A DNA stretch of 59,277 nucleotides, counting the filler, from Actinomycetales bacterium (GTDB lineage: Bacteria; Actinomycetota; Actinomycetes; Actinomycetales; CAVURS01), in assembly GCA_045807245.1 (NCBI GenBank). It is 3 parts of 3 records of this genome, joined end to end, with 100 filler letters (N's around TTAATTAATTAA, not from the genome) between each part and the next. Parts side by side here need not be neighbours in the genome. Positions count along the whole stretch, not along the records: positions 12,714 to 37,911 come from JBJMHS010000066.1; 2 more parts are not named here. One strand, given 5' to 3'. How positions within the stretch are numbered: position 1 is the first letter of the stretch; the number at the start of each line of letters is the position of its first letter. The position numbers and the translations under genes are program-made. Shown piece after piece: positions 22,496-34,400 of the stretch. The notes under the pieces were generated by a model that saw nothing but the letters and a program-made list of their open reading frames with translations, did not search any database and was not told where the DNA came from.

Positions 22496-23277
22496 GTGAG
22501 CGAGCCTGTCGTCACCGGCGAGGCCGTCGCCCTCGACCTGCAGCCGGCGACCTTCGCGTCGCGCGCCGTCTCCGGCCTCATCGACCTGCTCATCCAGGGC
22601 GCGGCGCTGTTGGTCGTCGTGCTCGCGCTGGGGAGTGCGGCGTCCGGGCTGGACCAGGCGGCGCAGGCAGCAGTCGGGCTGGTCGCCTCGCTCGCCGTCG
22701 TCGTGGGCTATCCCCTCGTCCTGGAGACGGCCACTCGCGGCCGGACCGTGGGCAAGCTGACGATGGGCCTGCGCACGGTGCGCGACGACGGTGGGCCCAT
22801 CCGATTCCGGCAGGCGCTGGTCCGGGCGCTGCTCGAGGTCGTGGAGGTCTGGGCCCTGTCCGGGTCGCCCGCGCTGATCTCGTCCCTGGCCTCCTCGCGC
22901 GGCAAGCGGCTGGGCGACCACCTGGCCGGCACGTACGTCGTCCGCGAGCGCGGTGCTGCGCCGCGGTCGCTGCCGCCGGCGATGCCGTGGCCTCTGACCG
23001 GCTGGGCGCAGGTCGCGGACATCGGCCGGATCCCCGACCACCTGGCCATCTCGGTGCGCCAGTTCCTCGGTCGGGCGCCGTCGATGCACCTGCAGTCACG
23101 AGCGGCGATGGCCTACGCCCTCGCAGGCGAGATCTCGTCGTACGTGGCGCCGGCCCCGCCGCCCGGCACACCGCCGGAGGCCTACTTGTCCGCCGTCCTG
23201 GCCGAGCGGCGTCGGCGCGACGAGCTCCGGCTGGCGCGCGACGCTGCCCTCGTCGCGCGCCTCACCGGGAGGCGTGC

Positions 23278-23284
<7 letters not shown>
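22496..23284 (+). CDS. RDD family membrane protein
   Basis: [10 protein letters not shown]...[18 protein letters not shown]. Confidence 0.88.
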
Positions 23285-24741
<1,457 letters not shown>

Positions 24742-24759
24742 GGTTCGTGCGTTCCTTTC

Positions 24760-24855
24760 GGGACGGGTCGTCAGCAGTGCGACGCGATCGGCACGACTGC
24801 TCTGGTCGACCCGGCGTGGCCCCTCTGGGCCTGTGGCATCACCTGCGCCGGAACG
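24760..24855 (-). promoter_or_regulatory. Structured ahcY 5' UTR (candidate cis-regulatory RNA)
   Basis: -10 TAGACT at 24862-24867; CCGGCG/CGCCGG stem enclosing two hairpins; further AGCAG/CUGCU hairpin before the GAAAGGA RBS. Confidence 0.45.
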
Positions 24856-24864
24856 CAGCCGAGT

Positions 24865-25788
24865 CTACCCGAGCCGGGCGGCGTCGTAGATGTCCGGTTC
24901 GAGGTAGATGAGGCGCGCGATCGGTACGGCGGCCCGCACCCGCTGCTCGGCCGCGTCGATCGCCCGGGCGACCTCGCGGGCCGACTCCCCCGCGGGCACG
25001 CCGATCTTGGCTGCGACCAGCAGCTCCTCCGGCCCGAGGTGCAGGGTCTTGAGGTGGATGACCCGGTCGACACCGTCACCGACCAGGGCCCGCTCGATCG
25101 CCACCACGGCCTCGCGGTTGGCCGACTCGCCCAGCAGCAGGGACTTCATCTCGGTGGCGAGTACCCCGGCGATCGTCACCAGCAGGAGGCCGATCATCGC
25201 CGTACCGGCCGCGTCCCAGCGACCGTTGCCGGTCGCCAGGGTCAGCCCGACACCGGCGAGTGCGAAGACCAGCCCCATGAGCGCACCCAGGTCCTCGAGC
25301 AGCACGATCGGCAGCTCGGGCGCCTTGGCGGTCCGAACGAAGCTGACCCACGACCGGCCTCCTTTGTGCGGGCGCGACTCGCGGATCGCGGTCCGGAACG
25401 AGAAGGACTCGAGGCCGATCGAGGCGACGAGCACGGCGATCGGCACCCACTGCCAGGAGTCGATCCCGTGGGGGTCGTGCCACTTGTGGTACGCCTCGTA
25501 GAGCGCGAAACAGCCGCCCAGGCTGAACAGGACGATGGAGACGATGAAGGCGTAGACGTAGCGCTCGCGCCCGTAGCCGAACGGGTGCTCGGCCGTGGCG
25601 TGCCGCTGGGCCCGCTTGCCGCCCAGCAGGAGCAGCACCTGGTTGCCTGAGTCGGCCAGCGAGTGGATCGACTCGGCCAGCATCGAGCTCGAGCGGGTGA
25701 GCAGGAACGCGACGAACTTCGTGACCGCGATGCCGACATTGGCGGCCAGGGCCGCGAAGATCGCGGTGGTGCCGCCTTCGGTGGACAT
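24865..25788 (-). CDS. Cation diffusion facilitator transporter
   Basis: AESIHSLAD, HPFGYGRERY, LLEDLGAL, IYLEPD. Confidence 0.92.
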   Translation of the reverse strand: MSTEGGTTAIFAALAANVGIAVTKFVAFLLTRSSSMLAESIHSLADSGNQVLLLLGGKRAQRHATAEHPFGYGRERYVYAFIVSIVLFSLGGCFALYEAYHKWHDPHGIDSWQWVPIAVLVASIGLESFSFRTAIRESRPHKGGRSWVSFVRTAKAPELPIVLLEDLGALMGLVFALAGVGLTLATGNGRWDAAGTAMIGLLLVTIAGVLATEMKSLLLGESANREAVVAIERALVGDGVDRVIHLKTLHLGPEELLVAAKIGVPAGESAREVARAIDAAEQRVRAAVPIARLIYLEPDIYDAARLG

Positions 25789-25847
25789 GCGCCCAACCCT
25801 AGGTCGCGGCGGCGTTGTTGACGCAGTGCGTTCGGTTCTCTCAGATC

Positions 25848-27011
25848 TCAGCCCGTTGCCTCGCGCAGGTCGGCCAGGTGGGCCGAGATCGCCGGGTCGA
25901 AGCCTTGGCCGAGCGCCAGGTAGGCCGACGCGAAGTCGGTGAGCGCCACCAGACCGGACAGGCGGGCGAGCGCATGTCCTTGCAGCGCAACGTGTTCCGA
26001 CACGCGCACGCCTGCGTCCTCGGCGGTCATCTTCACGGCATCAGCGAGCCGCAGCGTCGCTGCCGCCTCCGGTGTCATCGCCTCGGGCACTGCGTCGCGC
26101 AGCAGCAGGAGCCGCAGCCGGGGGCCGGGCGCCCCGTCGAGGAACGGGTCCGCGAACACGTCGTCGTCCGCCGAGCCGCCGGAGCCGCCCGCCGTGAACG
26201 GCCCGTCGAACGCCGCGACGACCTGGCTGGCGTCGTCGGGCAGCTCACCCCAGACCGCCGGCGTGCGGGCCGTGCGGGACAGCTGCGCGGCCGCCCGCTG
26301 GGCGGCCACGCCGGCCAGGTCGCCGTCGCCGAGGACGACGGGCACCGACCCGGACAGCTCGACGGCGAGCACCTTGGCCGGGTTGACGAACGACTCCGAC
26401 GACGGGCGCGCGGCCTCGGCCACCTCGTCCAGCCGGTCAGCCGTGGCGGCGAAGGCCGACGCGGGCGCCTCGACCAGCCCGAGGCTGTCCGCGGCGACCA
26501 GCACCGGAACCAGCAGGGACCACAGGGCGGTGCGGGACGACGTGCGGCCCCGGCCGACCGCGACATGGGTCCCGCGGGCCTGCCTGGTGACCGACGCGAG
26601 CGGGGAGTCGTCGGCCCCGACCGTCAGCAGGGTGGCACCGCGCCGCGCGGCCTCCGCCGCGAGGGCCAGCGGGCCGGCGGCCCGGCCGGACAGGGACACG
26701 GCCACGACCAAGTCGAGCGGGCCCACCCAGCCGGGCAGCGGGAGGTTGCGCCGGATCGACACGGGGACCGGGGAGCCCGGGCCGGCGAGCAGGCTCAACA
26801 CGTCGCCGACGAGGGCCGACCCACCGAGCGAGGCGACCAGGACCGAACGGGGGCGGTCCGCCGTACCCAACGAGGCCGCGCCGGCCTCCTGCGCCAAGGT
26901 GACCGCCTCGCGGACCTGAGCACCAGCGGTCGCGAGCGCACGCAGCACCTCGTGGGAGTCGCCGTCGGCCAGGGCGTCCGCGTCGTCCAGGCGCGCCTCG
27001 TCCAGCCTCAT
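25848..27011 (-). CDS. SIS-domain sugar-phosphate isomerase (bifunctional PGI/PMI-like, TobH-like)
   Basis: RPRSVLVASLGGS, WVGPLDLVVAVSLSG, NPAKVLA, DFASAYLAL; conserved position after Trm112. Confidence 0.8.
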   Translation of the reverse strand: MRLDEARLDDADALADGDSHEVLRALATAGAQVREAVTLAQEAGAASLGTADRPRSVLVASLGGSALVGDVLSLLAGPGSPVPVSIRRNLPLPGWVGPLDLVVAVSLSGRAAGPLALAAEAARRGATLLTVGADDSPLASVTRQARGTHVAVGRGRTSSRTALWSLLVPVLVAADSLGLVEAPASAFAATADRLDEVAEAARPSSESFVNPAKVLAVELSGSVPVVLGDGDLAGVAAQRAAAQLSRTARTPAVWGELPDDASQVVAAFDGPFTAGGSGGSADDDVFADPFLDGAPGPRLRLLLLRDAVPEAMTPEAAATLRLADAVKMTAEDAGVRVSEHVALQGHALARLSGLVALTDFASAYLALGQGFDPAISAHLADLREATG

Positions 27012-27196
27012 CACCGGTCCGGGTGGCGGGCTTCGTCGATGAGCAGCACCGGGATGCCGTCGTCGACGCGGTAGATCAGGCCGCACTCGGCCGACGTGCA
27101 GCGGAGCTCGGCCGTGCCGGCCGGGCCGTCCGCGAGCGCGGAGTGGCAGTTGGGGCAGACCAGGATCTCCCGCAGCCACGGTTCGATCTGAGTCAC
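27011..27196 (-). CDS. Trm112 family protein
   Basis: LREILVCPNC..YRVDDGIPVLL. Confidence 0.9.
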   Translation of the reverse strand: MTQIEPWLREILVCPNCHSALADGPAGTAELRCTSAECGLIYRVDDGIPVLLIDEARHPDR

Positions 27197-27206
27197 AGCG
27201 ATCCCT

Positions 27207-28631
27207 TCACCAGTCGATCCGCTCACGGTCGCGGACCAGCGCGAGCACCGCGTCGCGCACCCGGGTCATCGTGCCACCATCGGCCGCCTCCGCATTGAGC
27301 CGCAGCAGCGGCTCGGTGTTGCTGCCGCGGAGGTTGAACCACCACATGGGGTCACCGTCGCCGGACCCCGCGTGCGTCACGGTGAGGCCGTCCAGCTCGT
27401 CGACCACGTTGCCCGGCTGGTCCTGGTAGGCGGCGCGCACCTTGGCGACGGTGGCGGGGATGTCGTCGACCCGCGAGTTGATCTCGCCGGAGGCGGCGTA
27501 CCGCTCGTACGACGCGGCCAGCTCGCTGAGCGGGCGGTCCTGGTCTCCCAGGGCGGCGAGGACGTGCAGCGCCGCGAGCATGCCGGTGTCCGCGCCCCAG
27601 AAGTCGCGGAAGTAGTAGTGCGCCGAGTGCTCCCCGCCGAAGATCGCCCCGGTGGACGCCATCTCGGCCTTGATGTAGGAGTGACCGACGCGGGTGCGGA
27701 CCGGGTCCCCCCCGGCCTCGCCGATGATCTGCGGCACGGCGGCCGAGCTGATCAGGTTGTGCAGGACGGTCGGCCGGCGGCCGCCGGCCAGCTCGCGGGC
27801 GATCTCGCGCACTGCGACCAGCCCGGTCACGGCGCTCGGGCTCACCGGGTCGCCGCGCTCGTCGATCACGAAGCAGCGGTCCGCGTCGCCGTCGAACGCC
27901 AGCCCGATGTCCGCGCCGTGCTGCGGCACCGCGCGCTGGAGGTCCACCAGGTTGGCCGGGTCGAGCGGGTTGGCCTCGTGGTTCGGGAACGTGCCGTCCA
28001 GCTCGAAGTACAGCGGTACGACGTCCAGGGGCAGCGCGGGCAGGCCGGCTTCGGCGCCGAGGACAGCCGGAGCGGTCAGGCCGGCCATGCCGTTGCCGGC
28101 GTCGACCACCACCTTGAGCGGGCGCACTCCGGACAGGTCGACCAGGGAGCGCAGGTGCTCGGCGTACGCGGCCAGCAGGTCCTGCTCGTGGATGCGGCCG
28201 TGGCTGGAGGCGGCGGGCACCCCGTCGGCCAGGTAGGCCTCGGCCTGGCGGCGGACCTCCTCGAGCCCCGTGTCCGAGCCGACCGGCTTGGCCCCGGCCC
28301 GGCACAGCTTGATCCCGTTGTACTGCGCCGGGTTGTGGCTGGCGGTGAACATGGCGCCCGGCCGGTTGAGGCTGCCGCTGGCGAAGTAGAGGCCGTCGGT
28401 GGAGCACAGGCCGATGAGGGTGACGTCCCAGCCCTGCGCGGCGACACCTTCGGCGAACGCGCGCGACAGGTCCGGTGAGGACGGACGCATGTCGTAGCCG
28501 ATGACGACCGGGCTGCGGACGAGGTGCGCGAAGGCCGCGCCGAGGGCGCGGACGACGGTGGCGTCGATCTGGCCCGGGACGACGCCTCGGACGTCGTACG
28601 CCTTGACGACGTCGCTGAGGTCACGGCTCAC
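27207..28631 (-). CDS. manB: Phosphomannomutase/phosphoglucomutase
   Basis: KAYDVRG, TASHNP, FDGDADR, GGEHSAH, RGSNTEPLLRLN. Confidence 0.93.
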   Translation of the reverse strand: MSRDLSDVVKAYDVRGVVPGQIDATVVRALGAAFAHLVRSPVVIGYDMRPSSPDLSRAFAEGVAAQGWDVTLIGLCSTDGLYFASGSLNRPGAMFTASHNPAQYNGIKLCRAGAKPVGSDTGLEEVRRQAEAYLADGVPAASSHGRIHEQDLLAAYAEHLRSLVDLSGVRPLKVVVDAGNGMAGLTAPAVLGAEAGLPALPLDVVPLYFELDGTFPNHEANPLDPANLVDLQRAVPQHGADIGLAFDGDADRCFVIDERGDPVSPSAVTGLVAVREIARELAGGRRPTVLHNLISSAAVPQIIGEAGGDPVRTRVGHSYIKAEMASTGAIFGGEHSAHYYFRDFWGADTGMLAALHVLAALGDQDRPLSELAASYERYAASGEINSRVDDIPATVAKVRAAYQDQPGNVVDELDGLTVTHAGSGDGDPMWWFNLRGSNTEPLLRLNAEAADGGTMTRVRDAVLALVRDRERIDW

Positions 28632-28650
28632 GCCGCAACCCTAGGGGCGG

Positions 28651-28911
28651 TCAGGCCGGCTTCTGGGCCCGGGAGAGCACGAGGTCGCGGGTGAGCTCGG
28701 CGCCGTCGGACTCCCAGGTGCGGTGGTCGCACCGGTGACACGAGGTGAACTGGACCGGCGTGCCGTCCGTGAGGCGCATGGCCAGGCGGGTGACGCGGGC
28801 CGACCCGCACTCCGAGCAGACGGCACCGTGCCGGTTGTCGCGCTGGGTCAGCGAGCCGAGCGGGACCTGGTTGGCCGGGCCGGACTGTCGTGAGATGCGG
28901 GAACGGGACAT
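28651..28911 (-). CDS. Small Zn-ribbon protein (CxxC..CxxC)
   Basis: CSEC and CHRC pairs about 20 aa apart; GAAAGG RBS. Confidence 0.7.
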   Translation of the reverse strand: MSRSRISRQSGPANQVPLGSLTQRDNRHGAVCSECGSARVTRLAMRLTDGTPVQFTSCHRCDHRTWESDGAELTRDLVLSRAQKPA

Positions 28912-29066
28912 GGCCGGCCTTTCGTCAGGGGTGCCTCCGGAGCCGCAGGGGCGGCTGTGCCGAACGGGTGTATCGGCACGTTCCCCTACTCCACTTGAGT
29001 CCCCATCTGTTGGGCATTCGCGACATCCGGGGTCAGCCGGTCGGGCGAAAGGTCCTCAACCCCGGC

Positions 29067-29432
29067 TCACGCCTGCGGGTCCTGCAGCACGCGCAGGTGG
29101 CCCCGCCGGCCCACCTCGACCGTGCCGTCCTCGGCGCCCGGGTCGTTGCGGTGCCGGCGCGGGCGGCCGGCCTCGCGCACGGCGTCGGCCAGGGCGAGCA
29201 GGTCGTCCGGCGTGGGCCCCAGGTCCTCGAGCGCGGGGGCCAGCCGGACCACCTCCCACCCGCGCGGTGCGGTGAGCCGCTCGGCGTGGGCCGCACACAG
29301 GTCGTAGGTGTGCGGCTCGGCGTACAGGGCCAACGGCCCGAGCACCGCCGTGGAGTCCGAGTAGACGTAGGTGAGGGTCGCGACGGCCGAGCTTCCGCAG
29401 GCGGTGCGCGAACAGCGCCGAAGGGAGCTCAC
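29067..29432 (-). CDS. DUF3499 protein
   Basis: RRCSRTAC, ATLTYVYSDSTAVLGPL, YDLC..HA..LTAPRGW. Confidence 0.9.
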   Translation of the reverse strand: MSSLRRCSRTACGSSAVATLTYVYSDSTAVLGPLALYAEPHTYDLCAAHAERLTAPRGWEVVRLAPALEDLGPTPDDLLALADAVREAGRPRRHRNDPGAEDGTVEVGRRGHLRVLQDPQA

Positions 29433-29538
29433 CCCTGGGACGCTACCTGCGCCCCTTCCCGTCGCCGCGCATTGCCGCGGTGAGCCGAGCCGTGTCGCGC
29501 GTTCGGGCCCGGTCCGGGCACTGCCTAGAGTTCTAGGG

Positions 29539-29979
29539 GTGAGCAGCGCCCCGGCCGGCCGGCCCGGCAAGCCCCGTCGCGACCGCCACGGGCGCGGCCT
29601 GCGTGGGCCGCTGGTGCCCGCCGGACTGCCCCTGTCCCGCAGCCGGGCCGAGCAGTTCGACAACCTGGTGCTCGACGCTGCCGAGCGGCTGGACCAGCGC
29701 TGGAGCGAGCAGCTGGCCGAGGTGGAGTTCGCGGTCGAGGACGTCCCGCCCAGCGACCCCGCGCCCTGGGAGCACGGCGAGGTGCCGCTCGGCCGGCTCT
29801 TCCCCCGGTCCGGCGGCCACCCGGCCCGAATCGTGGTCTACCGACGTCCGGTCGAGACGAGGGCGCCAGACCCCCGCGAGACGGCCCGGCTGGTGCACGA
29901 GGTCGTGGTCGAGCAGGTGGCGCACCTGATCGGCGTCGAGCCGAACGTCGTCGACCCGCGCTACGGCACGCCGGACTGA
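29539..29979 (+). CDS. Zincin-like metallopeptidase family protein
   Basis: RDRHGRGLRG, FAVEDVP, RIVVYRRP, EQVAHL. Confidence 0.85.
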   Translation: MSSAPAGRPGKPRRDRHGRGLRGPLVPAGLPLSRSRAEQFDNLVLDAAERLDQRWSEQLAEVEFAVEDVPPSDPAPWEHGEVPLGRLFPRSGGHPARIVVYRRPVETRAPDPRETARLVHEVVVEQVAHLIGVEPNVVDPRYGTPD

Positions 29980-29985
29980 CACCGG

Positions 29986-31473
29986 TCAGCCGCCGAGGGG
30001 GTGCACCGACACCGGGGTGGTGCGCAGCGCGGTCGCGCTGAGCGGCGCCACCGACTGCAGCACACCCGCCGGGTCGGCGTACGTCGTCGCCAGCGCCGAG
30101 ACGACCGCACCGGAGCGCACCCGCAGCCACGCGCTGACCGCAGGGGCCTTCATCGGTACCGCGACGGTGGTCCCCGCTGCGACCATGACCGGCTGCACCG
30201 CCTGGGTGCCGTCCGCTGCCACCGTGACGACGTCGACCTGGGCATCACGGGCCGACGCGCTCAGCAGCAACCGGCCGGCCCAGGGTGCGGCCATCGACCC
30301 GAGCGGCACGCCGGCCAAGGTCTGGACCGCGGGCTCGGCCGTGGTCCAGGACAGGTCCCGGCGAGCCGTCGCAGACGCAGCCGGCGGCCGCAGCTGCGCG
30401 CCCGCCACCACCGGGGCGTCCGAGGTCAGCTCGATCCCGTAGTCGCCCGGCGGCACGGTGGACAGGTCGACGTCGCGCACCCGATGGGCCCTGACCCGCA
30501 CGACCCCGTTGTTCACCGGCGCCGCGATGGGGCCTCGCACACCGAGCAGCCGGAGCCGGACGACCGCCTCACGGTCCGTCGCCGCGACCCGCAGGACCAG
30601 GCTGCCGGTGCCGCCGGTCGCCGTGACGCCGGGTACGACGAGGCGAGTGCCCGGCGTCGTCCCCACGACGTCGTCGGCGCCGACGGGCGTCGTGCCGTCC
30701 AGCCAGGCGTCGTTGAGCGAGGCCGCGATCACGCCGCCGCTGGCCACCACGTGGATGACCGGCGAGCGCTCACCGGGAGCGATGGCGTCGAGCAGGACGA
30801 CGGTGCGGGTACGCGCGGGTACGACGATGCCCCGGGCGGCCGTCGACCGGACCGGGCCCTTCGCGCCGTACACCTGCAGGTCCACGGTCACCCCGTTCGG
30901 CGACGGGTTCGTCAGCACGATGCGGCCGCGGCGGCCCGGTTCGCCGCCGCCGCCGACCAACCAGGTCTCGGCCGACGGGGCCTGGCAGGACGACGTCGAG
31001 AGGCCGCGCTGGTCGCCGGCGAGGACCAAGGTCGACTGCGCGGCGGCCAGGCCGGGAGCGAGAGAACCCTTGCCCGACAACAGGATCGAGCGCGCCGCGT
31101 TGGTCTGGGTCGTGGCCACGCCGGACCCTGCCAAACCGGGGAAGGCGAGCGCGCCGCTGCCGCCGATGGCTCCGGCAGCGACACTGCCCGCGCCGGCCGT
31201 CGTACCGGCGTCCAGCAGCTCCTGCGGGGGCGACGCAACCCGGACGACGGTGGGCGCGACCGCGGTCGAGGCGTCGACGCCCTTGACGCCGACCGTCTCC
31301 GGGCCGGGGCAGATGAGCGTGGACCGGGTTACCGCCCGCGAGGCGTCCGGTCTGGTCGCGGCCGGCGCGCTCGACCCTGCCATGTGCCAGCGCAGGTCCG
31401 GGTAACGGTAGGCGCCGAGGACCAGGCCGACGCCGAGGCCGGCGACCAGCACGGTGCGGGCCAGGGCTCTCAT
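29986..31473 (-). CDS. DUF5719-like exported/membrane protein
   Basis: N-terminal TM, ICPGP, SCQAP..W, LTNP; ATGA coupling with GT2. Confidence 0.75.
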   Translation of the reverse strand: MRALARTVLVAGLGVGLVLGAYRYPDLRWHMAGSSAPAATRPDASRAVTRSTLICPGPETVGVKGVDASTAVAPTVVRVASPPQELLDAGTTAGAGSVAAGAIGGSGALAFPGLAGSGVATTQTNAARSILLSGKGSLAPGLAAAQSTLVLAGDQRGLSTSSCQAPSAETWLVGGGGEPGRRGRIVLTNPSPNGVTVDLQVYGAKGPVRSTAARGIVVPARTRTVVLLDAIAPGERSPVIHVVASGGVIAASLNDAWLDGTTPVGADDVVGTTPGTRLVVPGVTATGGTGSLVLRVAATDREAVVRLRLLGVRGPIAAPVNNGVVRVRAHRVRDVDLSTVPPGDYGIELTSDAPVVAGAQLRPPAASATARRDLSWTTAEPAVQTLAGVPLGSMAAPWAGRLLLSASARDAQVDVVTVAADGTQAVQPVMVAAGTTVAVPMKAPAVSAWLRVRSGAVVSALATTYADPAGVLQSVAPLSATALRTTPVSVHPLGG

Positions 31474-34400
31474 CCGAGCACCCCGTCCCGGCGCCTGCGC
31501 CGGCCGACCGGCAGGGCCAGCAACGCGACGACCACGAGCACGATGCCTTGCGCGGGCAGCAGGCGCCGCCGGTCGTCGACCGACGTGACCACCAGGTGGC
31601 CGCCGACCGCAGGCAGGTCGAAGGCCTGCAGCCCGTCGCGCGTGGTGGGCGCCAGACGGGTCCCGTCCAAGGTCGCGCGCCACACGTCACTGGGCGGTTC
31701 GGCCAGGACCAGCCGTCGTCCGGACTGGCCGGCCGGCACCGAGGTGTCGACGCGCGCGCTCGGCCCGGCCACCGGGACGTCCTGGACCAGCTGCCCGGAC
31801 GCGTCGACGATCCGCACCCGCGCGGGCGGCTGCGCCGTCGGTGCGCCGCCGCCGGACGCGATGCCGCCGGGCGTGGTCGCCTCGACCCGCCACAGGGCGT
31901 AGGTGCCGCTCTCACCCAGCCGGGTCAGGCCCGCGGTCGTGTCGAGCTGCTGTGCGAACGCCGCGGGGACCGGCCGGGTGGCCACGACGAACCCGATCCC
32001 GAGCCGCAGCAACGCCTGGGCCGCGCTGCTCGCCGTCACGTCCGACGGCGCAGCCGCCAGGGCCTCGGCGGCCGCGGCCACGAGCGGCTCGGACTCCGGC
32101 AGCGGCAAGGTCAGGGCCGGGTCGCCGATCTCGGCGCCGACCAGCCGGTAGCCGACGCCGTCCTCGGGACGCGCCGTCGCACTGAGCACCAGCGTGCGGG
32201 TCGCCAGCGGGCCGTTCGCCTGGTCGACCGCCACGGCGGGCAGGACGGCGCCGGCGTCGCGGCGGACGGGACCGTCCACGGGGTGCATGGCCAGGAAGGT
32301 CGTCGTCGCCACGGTGGCCATCAGCGCGGCCAGGGACATCGGCGCGAGCAGGAGCTGCCGCCAGCCGAACCGGTGCTGCGACATCCGGCCCGCGATCCCG
32401 TCGGCGCCGTGCAGCGCGGCGACCAGAGCGGCCAGGGCCAGCAGGTCGATGCCCGTTCCGGACCAGTGCGCCAGAGGCCCGTCGAGCCCGGCTCCCGTTG
32501 TCGTTGACGTGCCGGCGGCGATGACGATCCGCGGCAGGGCGAGCGCCAGCCCCAGCCCGGTGAGACCGACGGCACCGCAGGCGACCAGCAGCCAGGACCC
32601 ACCTCGCCGGAACAGCCCGGCCAGCCCGACGAGCAGCAGGGGCGCCCCGAGCACTGCGTACGTCGCGCCCGGGCCGCCCGGGTGGAGCAGCGCCACTGAT
32701 AGGGCCGACGACGACCCGCCGGCGGGCGCCAACAGACCGGGCCCGCTCAGGAAGAGCCGTGGGTCGTCCCACAGCGCGGGAAGCCACGGCAGCAGGAGCA
32801 GGGCGGGTACGGCGGCCAGCAGCAGGGCCCGCGCTCGGCGGGCCCACCCACCCAGGGCCAGCGCGACCAGGGCTGCGGCCAGCCCGCACAGCAGCATCAC
32901 CGGGACGAACGCACCGGCCACCGCCAGCGCCAGCGCCCCAGCGAACGCCGCCGTGCTCGACCCCGGGCGGCGCAACGTCCGCGCGAAACCCAGGAAGACC
33001 AGCGGCAGCAGGATGTGCAGCGCACTCGCGCCCAGCCGCCCGGTGAACAGCGCCCCAGTGACCGTGGGCAACGTGGCCCAGGTCAACGCGGCCCAGGCCC
33101 GCAGCCAACGGTTGCGCAGGACGGTGCCGGCGGCGACGTAGGCCGTCAGGGCGGAGAGGGGGATGGCGCCGATGAGCAGCACGTCCACCGCCAGCGCGGT
33201 GGGATGCGAGGTGAGTGGCTGCAACAGCCAGGCCAACCCGGCCAGCACCGCGCGGTACGGCGCGGGCGGAGCGTCGGTGCCGAGTCCGCCGCCGTGCCAC
33301 GCGTCGGCGTAGGAGTGCCACGCTTGGCTGGGGCTGCCGTTCCAGCCGAGCAGCTGGCCACCGGACAACGTGCCGCGACCGACCAGCGGTCGCACCATCG
33401 CGGCGGTGACCGCAGTCGCAACCGCCACCACGAGGAACCCGGGGTTGGTCAGCACCCGCCGGGTGAGGCGGGCGCTGACCCGCTCGGCGTTCTCCGCCTC
33501 CTCGGCCGTCGGGCCGCTCTCGGTCTGCGCCGGTCCGACTCGTTCGACCCGGCTGCGGCCCATCGACCCGGAGAATGCCTCGGCGAAGCTGCGCAGGGAG
33601 GACCGCCGAGGGGCCAACAGCAGGGCGATGTCGCGCCGGGGCACCTCGCGGTTGCCGCGGTGACGCCAGCGGCTGGCGACGACCCGCCATGGAGTCAGGA
33701 CCGCTGCCCAGACCGAGACGAGCTCGTCGAAGGCGCGTCGCGGCTGCTTGGCGATGAGCAGCCCCACGGTGCGCAGCAGGCCGCCCACCGCGAACCACAG
33801 CAGGAGGAACGGCAGCGTGACGGCCGGGGCACCGGCCATGGCGACCCGCAGCCCGTGGGTGCGGTCGACGCGCCGGGGCACGCCATGGACCGCATCGGCC
33901 GGCCGCAACCCGCGGCTGGTCGCCTGCACATCGGCCAACCGCGCGTTCGGGACCACGACGACGCGATGGCCGGCGAGCTGAGCGCGCCAGCCGAAGTCAA
34001 GGTCGTCCCGGAACAGCGCGAGGGCCGGGTCCAGGCCGTCGAGCCGGTCCCAGACGTCGCGCCGCACCAGCATGCCGGCGGTGCTGACGGCGAGGACGTC
34101 GTGCCGGTGGTCCTGCTGGCCCTGGTCGCGTTCGCCCGGCTCGATGTCGGTCACCCGCCGACCACCGCGGCTGGTCGTCAGCCCGACCTCGAGGAGCTCC
34201 TCCGGGTCGTCCCAGCCGACCAGCTTCGGTCCGGCCACGCCGATCGACGGCGACCGGCGGACTACATCGACCAGCCGGGCCAAGGTCTCGGGCTGCGGCG
34301 CGCAGTCGTCGTGCAGCAGCCAGAGCCACTCGGTCGGACCGTCCGGCTCGACGGGGTCGAGCGACGCCAGCCCTTCGCGAACGGCATCGCCGAACCCGAC

